Positions 46,438 to 52,351 of a stretch of 52,351 nucleotides of DNA are shown piece by piece (positions within the stretch are counted from its first letter, which is position 1; each line of letters opens with the position of its first letter). The DNA is from a virus. Its lineage: Duplodnaviria; Caudoviricetes. The stretch is from positions 1 to 52,351 of IMG/VR virus record IMGVR_UViG_3300045733_000243; one strand, given 5' to 3'. Under the pieces are notes generated by a model, which did not search any database, was not told the DNA's origin, and saw only the letters and a program-made list of their open reading frames with translations. Both the position numbers and the translations under genes were made by a program.

Positions 46438-48537
46438 TTACCCCCCTGAGGACCACACTTTCTTGTCCTTGACGCCCACCATTTTTGCCGCTTGGAGCTT
46501 GGATCTGAGCTTCCTGAACAAGGCCCCCGACGATTTGTCGTCCTTGCACTCCTCGAACATGCCGATTGACCGGCATTCCTCTTTCCACGCGTCCATGGTG
46601 GTGACCATGTTGACGTGCCTCGGAATGCCTTCGTCGCGCCTTGGGGCCGCCCCTGAGGCGATCAGGGCCTCTCTAAGGGCTCTTAGAGCCAGTCCCTCCT
46701 GCCCTCCAGGGTCGCGCTGTCTCTTCTGTGCGGGGCCGTCCTTTGGTTCCAGAACGCACGAAGTGATGGCGTCGCCGTCTTCGTCAATTCCAACCTCAAC
46801 GATTTTCAAGGTGCTGCTGATGGTGGCGCCGTCCTCTCCGTCCTTCATGTACTCGACGGTGCTGATGATGTTTTTGTATTCATCCTTGGTAACGCCTATC
46901 TGAGTGTCAGCAGCTCCTAGAAGAGACGTGTGTCCTCTCGCTCTTCCTGCTTCAAGGCCGCTGTGGTGGACGACTATCACCACGCAGTTGAACGCCTCTT
47001 TGATGGCGTCGCACGCTGCAATGTATGCAGTCATGTCCGTGTCGCTGCTCTCTGAGCCTGTAAAGGACCGATTAAGAGTATCTAGTATAACAACATTTGG
47101 AGTTTCGCTGCACATCTTTTCTTTGATGCTTTCGATTAGCCTTGCATGATCTGCGACAATGGCAATTTTTGTTGCCATTAAGTAGAATGGCACGGTTCCT
47201 TCGTGGTCTTGCAAAAACTCTTTTTCATATGCCGCTTTCCTGGCCTGAAACCCAGACTGGCCTTCAAACAAGCAGTAAAGAATTTTCCCACTGCGAACCC
47301 TGTGCCCACGGTACTCTCTGCCGAGGGCAACGTGCATAACAAGATCAAAAACCCAGAATGTCTTCCCGCATTTTGGGGGGCCGTACACAACCGCCAGTCC
47401 TGTTGATGGCAATATGTTTTTAACAAGATATTTCGGGTCTTTCGTTACCTTTATATCCGCCCAGTCTATAATGGGTAGAGGCTTTTTGTCTTTAGGCTTC
47501 AGGGCTGTGTGGTGGTCGTTTCGGGGAGGGAAGTTGATTACGGTGTCATCCATCATGGACAATTCTTTCGATGCATTGGCAACCGCATCATTTATGATTG
47601 ACGAGACTGCATCAATGCCCAGTTCTGACGCCATGTCGTTAAAGTCGGAGCCGCCTGTGCGAGTTGGGATGGCCAACGCGCCGCCAACCGCTGTGGCGGC
47701 GTCCCGCCCTGCTTTCATCCCGGCATTGCCTTTGTCAGCAGCCTCCTTCGCATGATCGTCGTCAGCACATATGCAGATGCTGGCGTCTGGGTACCGCTCC
47801 CGTATCGCGCGGGCGACCCTGGGAAGGTTTCCACTATTGAAGGCGCATACTGACGGATGCCCAGTCCCTTCGTGGCATGTCGCCATCGTGGCAAATCCTT
47901 CGCCAATTAGAATGACGCCACTTGGGTCTATGGAGCCGATGATGAACATGCCGCCAGCCGTGCGGCCGTCCTTGAGGAAGAGTTTCGAGCTATCGCTCTT
48001 CTCGTCATCTTGGATGCGTTGCAGGGACATCCATCGGCCGTCAATGTCCATGACGGGAATAAGCAGCGTCACGCCGTCTGTGTCGATTCTGACGCCGTGT
48101 GGGCCTATTCCCTTGTTTTCCAGGTATCTGTGGTCAGTGGCTGGTGGCGCCGCAGCGAAGCGCCTCTCGGCGTCCTGGGAGACTGCTGCTTGCTTAGCCG
48201 CGCGCCTCTCGTCAGCTTCTTTTCGTTCACGCTCAGCATTCAGCTTGGCGTCGAGCTTTTCGGCCTCTGTGCGGGTGTCTGGGGCGTCTGAGAACCATAG
48301 CTGGGCGTCCTCGCCGGTTTCCCAGTTTTGGATCATCCCGCAGCGGCTCTCTGGCCTGAACCAGTATGCTCCGTTGCTGCTGCTGGGGTGATCTGCGGTC
48401 CCGCACCTGTGAATTTCGCCGTCCGTATCGAGCTTACCAATGCGAAGCCCAGCCGCCGTCGCAGCCGTGAGGAAGCCAAGATCTATTCCGTGTGCGTCGC
48501 CGTTGACTTTGGCGCGCGTTTTTTCTACGATGGCCAT
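46438..48537 (-). CDS. primase (TOPRIM)-helicase (RecA-like, AAA_25) fusion
   Basis: GEGFAT and CADDD TOPRIM motifs, DFND, Walker A GPPKCGKT, Walker B ILDT, VHHSG...RG.TSL.GAAD. Confidence 0.93.
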   Translation of the reverse strand: MAIVEKTRAKVNGDAHGIDLGFLTAATAAGLRIGKLDTDGEIHRCGTADHPSSSNGAYWFRPESRCGMIQNWETGEDAQLWFSDAPDTRTEAEKLDAKLNAERERKEADERRAAKQAAVSQDAERRFAAAPPATDHRYLENKGIGPHGVRIDTDGVTLLIPVMDIDGRWMSLQRIQDDEKSDSSKLFLKDGRTAGGMFIIGSIDPSGVILIGEGFATMATCHEGTGHPSVCAFNSGNLPRVARAIRERYPDASICICADDDHAKEAADKGNAGMKAGRDAATAVGGALAIPTRTGGSDFNDMASELGIDAVSSIINDAVANASKELSMMDDTVINFPPRNDHHTALKPKDKKPLPIIDWADIKVTKDPKYLVKNILPSTGLAVVYGPPKCGKTFWVFDLVMHVALGREYRGHRVRSGKILYCLFEGQSGFQARKAAYEKEFLQDHEGTVPFYLMATKIAIVADHARLIESIKEKMCSETPNVVILDTLNRSFTGSESSDTDMTAYIAACDAIKEAFNCVVIVVHHSGLEAGRARGHTSLLGAADTQIGVTKDEYKNIISTVEYMKDGEDGATISSTLKIVEVGIDEDGDAITSCVLEPKDGPAQKRQRDPGGQEGLALRALREALIASGAAPRRDEGIPRHVNMVTTMDAWKEECRSIGMFEECKDDKSSGALFRKLRSKLQAAKMVGVKDKKVWSSGG

Positions 48538-48670
48538 AGATGACAGGCCCCTCCAGGCCGGTTGTTGTGTGCGCAGCCCTCCTAAGGCCGCTAATCGTTG
48601 AGAAGGCCCCTCCCAAAGGCCCTCAAAATCGAATTTCTTGCGTGCAAGTCTTCTGAAAAAGCAAAAACTT

Positions 48671-48713
48671 AAAAGCTCGGCGCCCGCGAACCACCACTTC
48701 GCGCCGAGCTTTT
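48671..48713 (-). terminator. terminator-like hairpin after the cro-like gene
   Basis: AAAAGCTCGGCGC...GCGCCGAGCTTTT. Confidence 0.65.
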
Positions 48714-48924
48714 AGGCTGCCTGCTTCCTGATTTCCAAATCCTCAAGAAAATCATTTGGCGTGACCTCGCCGTTCGTTGCCTCTCGGATGCGGCCCATCA
48801 TCTTGAGGGATGGGCGACGCGCGCCCGTGCAGAACTGGGATAGGGTTGATTGCCCGATGCCGGTTTCCACCGCGAACTGGTCTTGCTTCACCCCATTCCT
48901 CTTCATCCAATCACGCAGTTTCAT
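48712..48924 (-). CDS. Cro-like HTH regulator
   Basis: MKL.DW...Q.QFA...GI.QSTLS....G.R.PS...I..AT.G.VT.NDF. Confidence 0.85.
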   Translation of the reverse strand: MKLRDWMKRNGVKQDQFAVETGIGQSTLSQFCTGARRPSLKMMGRIREATNGEVTPNDFLEDLEIRKQAA

Positions 48925-49814
48925 GTCCTTCCTTCCCGTCGTCATGCAGCTCTCTCTGTGAGCAATATTGCAAAATGCAATTGAAAAGTCAACCCTCCGC
49001 CCAAAGGCGTAAACGCCAATCCGCACCGAGGGGGCGTTTTAACCCCCCGGTTTGGTTCTTGCGTAGAGCGAACGAGAGTGCTATGAATTACCTGCTACTC
49101 AAGCAAGCGCGCATACGCTGTCTCTCGTTCAATCTCAGAACGCTAAGATACGGTTTTTGTGTCGCTACTATACTGTGCGCCCACCAGTCTCTTTCGTAGA
49201 GAGGCTGGTGAGCCACATACAGGAAACCCGCAGCTCACAAGCTCGCGGGTTTCTGTGCGTCTGGAGAAGACGATCAAATGGCGATCAAGAAAGAAAGCCG
49301 TTGCGCGTCAACGCGTTAGCCGATATCTGAGCGGGAAAGCGGGCGGGCGGTCAAATAGGCAACCCGCAAGGATTGCTTGCAGGTTGCTCTGTTACGCCGT
49401 AACGCCCACGCGGCGGACGATGCGGACGATGCGGACGGCGCGACGCAGCACAGCGCCGACGCCAGCAAGCGCTTGCTCGGCTGGTGCAGGCTGCTCCTTC
49501 GTCTCGCAGGGGATACCCGAACGCCAAGCCACAATGGCCTCCCACAGCGGCTTTTCCGCGATATTTGTCCGCCCATACCGGCCGACAAGCTTGGCGACGC
49601 GGCTCCAGTCCGGGCCGGGCCGGTCGAACGGACGCCGGTTACATCGCGGGTTGCGCTCGACGGCCGCATAAGGCACGCCGCGAACGAATGCGAGGGCGAC
49701 CAAGGCGGCGCGCTGCTCACGGGCGACAACTTCGCGGCGGTGATGCTGAAGGTTGCGCAACAGTAGGCAAAATCCTGCCAAATTCTAACTGAAGTTACCG
49801 AATGCGCTTTCCGG

Positions 49815-49850
49815 TTGACAGTGCCGCTTATCGAGTGCATAAATGCACCT
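49815..49850 (+). promoter_or_regulatory. promoter with palindromic operator over -10
   Basis: TTGACA-17-CATAAA with GTGCAT-AA-ATGCAC; ATG follows directly (leaderless-like). Confidence 0.65.
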
Positions 49851-49851
49851 C

Positions 49852-49989
49852 ATGAGCACAACCAAACGACAGTCTGTAGTTCTCACCGAACCACAGCTCA
49901 AGTTTCTGAAGGCTGAGGCTAAGAAGCTTGGAATAAGCATGTCGGATTTGATCCGGCGCATCATTGATCAATACCGGGAAGGCAAATAA
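49852..49989 (+). CDS. CopG-like ribbon-helix-helix protein (45 aa, absent from the ORF track)
   Basis: MSTTKRQSVVLTEPQLKFLKAEAKKLGISMSDLIRRIIDQYREGK. Confidence 0.85.
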   Translation: MSTTKRQSVVLTEPQLKFLKAEAKKLGISMSDLIRRIIDQYREGK

Positions 49990-49992
49990 AGC

Positions 49993-51198
49993 ATGCTCCT
50001 CGTCCACAAAATAGCGCTGAACCCTAACAACAGACAGGCTGGCCTTATGGCCAAGTCTGCCGGTGTTGCACGGTTTGCCTATAACTGGGCGTTAGGAGAA
50101 TGGAACCGGCAGTACGAAGCTGGCGGCAAGCCATCTGAAGTATCTTTGCGCAAGCAGTTCAACGCACTGAAGAAGTCAAATTTCCCATGGTGCTATGAGG
50201 TGACAAAGAACGCCCCACAGCAAGCCATCAAGAACTTGGGGAAGGCGTTCGAGCGCTTCTTCAAGAAGCAAGGCAAATACCCACGGTTTAAGCGCAAAGG
50301 CGTCCACGACAGCTTCCGCGCTGACGATGGAACTGGGAAAACGAAACCGCAGGCTGTCCAGATCGAAGGCAAGCGCGTCAAACTCCCGGTCATCGGCTGG
50401 GTGAGGATGCGTGAAGAACTCCGGTTCAGCGGCCAAGTCCGCTCCGCAGTCGTGTCAAAGACTGCCGGACGCTGGTTCGTTGCATTGAGCGTAGATACTG
50501 AAGACCAACCCGAGACGTGCGAAAACCAAGGCGTCATCGGTGTCGATCTTGGAATAAAGACTATGGCGGTTTGCTCAAACGGAATGAAGTTTGAAGCCCC
50601 GAATGCTCTGCGCAAGCGTCTGAAGAAGCTTGCAAAGCTTCAGAGGATTGTTGCACGGCGCAAGAAGGGATCGAAGAACCGGCGCAAAGCTGTGGCGAAA
50701 GTGGCGAGACTGCACGCGAAGATCGCGAATATTCGCTCCGACGCGCTGCACAAGGCCACCACGGCAATCTGCAAGAGCGGAAGTCTTATCGTCCTTGAAG
50801 ACCTCAATGTCAAAGGAATGATGAAGAACGGCAAGCTTTCGCGCGCCATATCCGACGTTGGGCTGTACGAATTCCGCCGCCAGTCCGAGTACAAGACAGC
50901 TTTATTCGGCTCGGACATCATGTTTGCGCCAAGGTTTGAGCCGACAAGCAAGCGCTGTTCACGTTGCAAAGTCGTCCGCAAGACTTTGCTTTTGAGCGAG
51001 CGCGAGTGGACATGCGACAACTGCGGCGCACATCACGACCGCGACGAGAACGCCGCACAGAATTTAGAAGACTATGGTACCGCCAGATCGGCGGGAACTT
51101 ACGCCTGTGGAGAATTCAGCGCTGACGGCTTGCTTGCGCAAGTCGTGAAACTGAACTCAGTGAAGCAGGAAATATTCACAGGAGCTACGCAATGTTAG
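49993..51198 (+). CDS. tnpB: RNA-guided endonuclease TnpB (IS607-type)
   Basis: HKIALNPN...ARFAYNWAL, IGVDLG, IVLEDL, CxxC..CxxC, HDRDENAAQNL. Confidence 0.96.
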   Translation: MLLVHKIALNPNNRQAGLMAKSAGVARFAYNWALGEWNRQYEAGGKPSEVSLRKQFNALKKSNFPWCYEVTKNAPQQAIKNLGKAFERFFKKQGKYPRFKRKGVHDSFRADDGTGKTKPQAVQIEGKRVKLPVIGWVRMREELRFSGQVRSAVVSKTAGRWFVALSVDTEDQPETCENQGVIGVDLGIKTMAVCSNGMKFEAPNALRKRLKKLAKLQRIVARRKKGSKNRRKAVAKVARLHAKIANIRSDALHKATTAICKSGSLIVLEDLNVKGMMKNGKLSRAISDVGLYEFRRQSEYKTALFGSDIMFAPRFEPTSKRCSRCKVVRKTLLLSEREWTCDNCGAHHDRDENAAQNLEDYGTARSAGTYACGEFSADGLLAQVVKLNSVKQEIFTGATQC

Positions 51199-51434
51199 CA
51201 AATGGTAAGAAATATGGATCGGCGCCACCAGTCCAGTGACGAACGCGGATGCCGCGCTTCTTCCGCGCGGATGATGCGGGCTTCGGCGGCGAGGGACTTG
51301 ATTTTAACGCGGAGTTCAGGGAATTTCGTTGACTTCATTGGAATGTCTCCAGATTTCGCAAGTGGGATTGGCGATTTACCTGAAGGTGTTTTGGCGGGCT
51401 ATGTGCATGTAATCTATAACATTTTTATCTCAGT

Positions 51435-51505
51435 TGGCGAACCACTCCGGGATCGAACCGGACGCCGCTGGGTTAGAAGCCGGGGCGCGCGCCAGCAAGT
51501 GGCTC
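51435..51505 (-). tRNA. degenerate tRNA-like RNA (Arg-TCT-type loop, reduced D arm)
   Basis: Acceptor GAGCCAC/GTGGTTC + GCCA, perfect T arm TCCGG-TTCGATC-CCGGA, loop CTTCTAA on a mismatched stem; TTGATC-17-TATATC promoter just upstream. Confidence 0.6.
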
Positions 51506-51747
51506 GTGGCGAAGATATACTGCGGAGCTGGGCGGAGATCAAGGGGCGGGCGTCAAAACGCTTGACTCTCAGCGCTCCCTGGTCCAATGTGTCCCTGCAC
51601 ACAATCTGTTGAGATGGCCGGGGCGAATGAAATCGCCATCCGGCCTTTTCTTTGCGTGCTTAGCTCATCGGCGACGAAGCGCCAGCCAGATCGCGGATGA
51701 CCTGCGCCGCGCTCGCGACGCCCATCGGTTTCCGGCTCTGCGCGATC

Positions 51748-52351
51748 GTGAATACTCCCCAACTAAGCGCAGAGCGCTGTAGTTGGGGCTTCTCGGTTCG
51801 CGGAGCATTGCGCACCACTCTTGCGAGTTTTGCGGCTTACAGGCTCTCCCCGAGCGTTGGGATTACTCCCGGTTCCGACCATCCCGGCCGTACCTTCCTT
51901 ACGGATATTGGCGCGCTTGCGTTCTTTTGGCGACCATTGACCAGACAGGATAATATCCACGCCCCTGTTCGCAACATTGCGCGAGGCGTTTCTGTCGGCA
52001 TTCTCAATGGCTCCGCAGTCTTGGCAAACAAACAGGCTTTGGCTGACCCGGTTGTTAGGATGTGTGCAGCCACAAAAGCTGCAATCCTGCGAGGAACGAT
52101 AGGGCGTTACGGATATGCTAAGCTTGTGAAGTCTCCGCGCTTTGTACGCGGTGTAGGTTTTAGTCTGGCTCCAGGCGGACGCGAGGATGGAACGATTGAG
52201 GCCAGCTTTCTGGCGGACGTTGCGGCCGGGAGCGTCGGCGGTCCCTTTTGCCGACGCCGTCATGTTCTTGACCTTGAGGTCTTCGAAGACGATCAGCGCA
52301 ACGCGCGGGTCGTTGGCGAGGGCGTGGCTGGCCTTGTGGGCGAAGTCCCGG
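51748..52351 (-). mobile_element. IS200/IS605-family element, right part (runs off the window)
   Basis: Right end GAAG-CCCCAACTA...TAGTTGGGGAGTAT-TCAC, with the guide/cleavage pair GAAG/TCAC. Confidence 0.85.
51763..52350 (-). CDS. tnpB: TnpB, C-terminal part
   Basis: IVFEDLKVKNMTASAKGT...KAGLNRSIL, CSFCG, CQDCG, NADRNASRNV. Confidence 0.93.
   Translation of the reverse strand, partial: RDFAHKASHALANDPRVALIVFEDLKVKNMTASAKGTADAPGRNVRQKAGLNRSILASAWSQTKTYTAYKARRLHKLSISVTPYRSSQDCSFCGCTHPNNRVSQSLFVCQDCGAIENADRNASRNVANRGVDIILSGQWSPKERKRANIRKEGTAGMVGTGSNPNARGEPVSRKTRKSGAQCSANREAPTTALCA

Larger units (their letters stand above)
49751..51222 (+). mobile_element. non-autonomous IS607-type element carrying RHH + tnpB
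   Basis: GG|TTGCGCAACAG left end and ATATGGATCGG right end; the flanks rejoin into an intact ORF; no transposase. Confidence 0.85.
49392..51338 (-). pseudogene. phage gene split by an IS607-type element (51338-51223 joined to 49752-49392)
   Basis: Removing the element at the shared GG gives one frame: MKSTKFPELRVKIKSLAAEARIIRAEEARHPRSSLDWWR|LQHHRREVVAREQRAALVALAFVRGVPY; GGAG SD. Confidence 0.85.

Noticed and set aside
49180-49192. Possible cis target (CCACCAGTC) of the IS607 TnpB guide at 51223
   Set aside because: Only a 9-nt match, also present near 43102, which is expected by chance.
49410-49437. 9-nt tandem repeat GCGGACGAT
   Set aside because: About three copies in the tail of the split gene (VRIVRIVR); probably slippage with no sign of function.
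49751-51222. IStron (self-splicing IS) rescuing the split gene
   Set aside because: The element is antisense to the gene and has only ~100 nt before the RHH gene, leaving no room for a group I intron.
51470-51482. Reading the tRNA-like loop as an amber suppressor (CTA)
   Set aside because: That register has no closing stem; CTTCTAA with TCT is the canonical loop register.
1-52351. CRISPR array or Cas12 system associated with the TnpB-like proteins
   Set aside because: No regularly spaced repeat-spacer array was seen, and each tnpB is bounded by ordinary IS ends.

Overview
About 52 kb of a myovirus-type (contractile-tail) phage or prophage. The host is probably an alphaproteobacterium of the Hyphomicrobiales, inferred from the MucR/Ros gene and high GC. 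The + strand from 1 to 32270 is the virion operon: DNA methyltransferase, terminase subunits, portal, protease/scaffold, capsid, connectors, sheath, tube, a chaperone with a -1 frameshift, tape measure, baseplate, glycine-rich fibre proteins and an acyl carrier protein. From 32.3 to 52.3 kb lie accessory, lysis, early and replication genes: SPOR protein plus SleB-like hydrolase, MucR, TIGR02594-type endolysin cassette, primase-helicase, putative origin and a Cro-like gene. The phage is heavily colonised by RNA-guided transposons: four tnpB elements (two IS605/IS1341-type, two IS607-type) but only one tnpA. It also carries an apparently intact orphan IscB-type omegaRNA whose iscB is reduced to about six codons. 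Other notable items are an IS insertion that appears protein-silent, an RHH-tnpB IS607 derivative that splits a phage gene, a promoter-linked tRNA-like RNA and a repeated hairpin leader motif. No integrase, CI repressor or CRISPR array is visible. All calls come from reading motifs by eye; no database searches were run.
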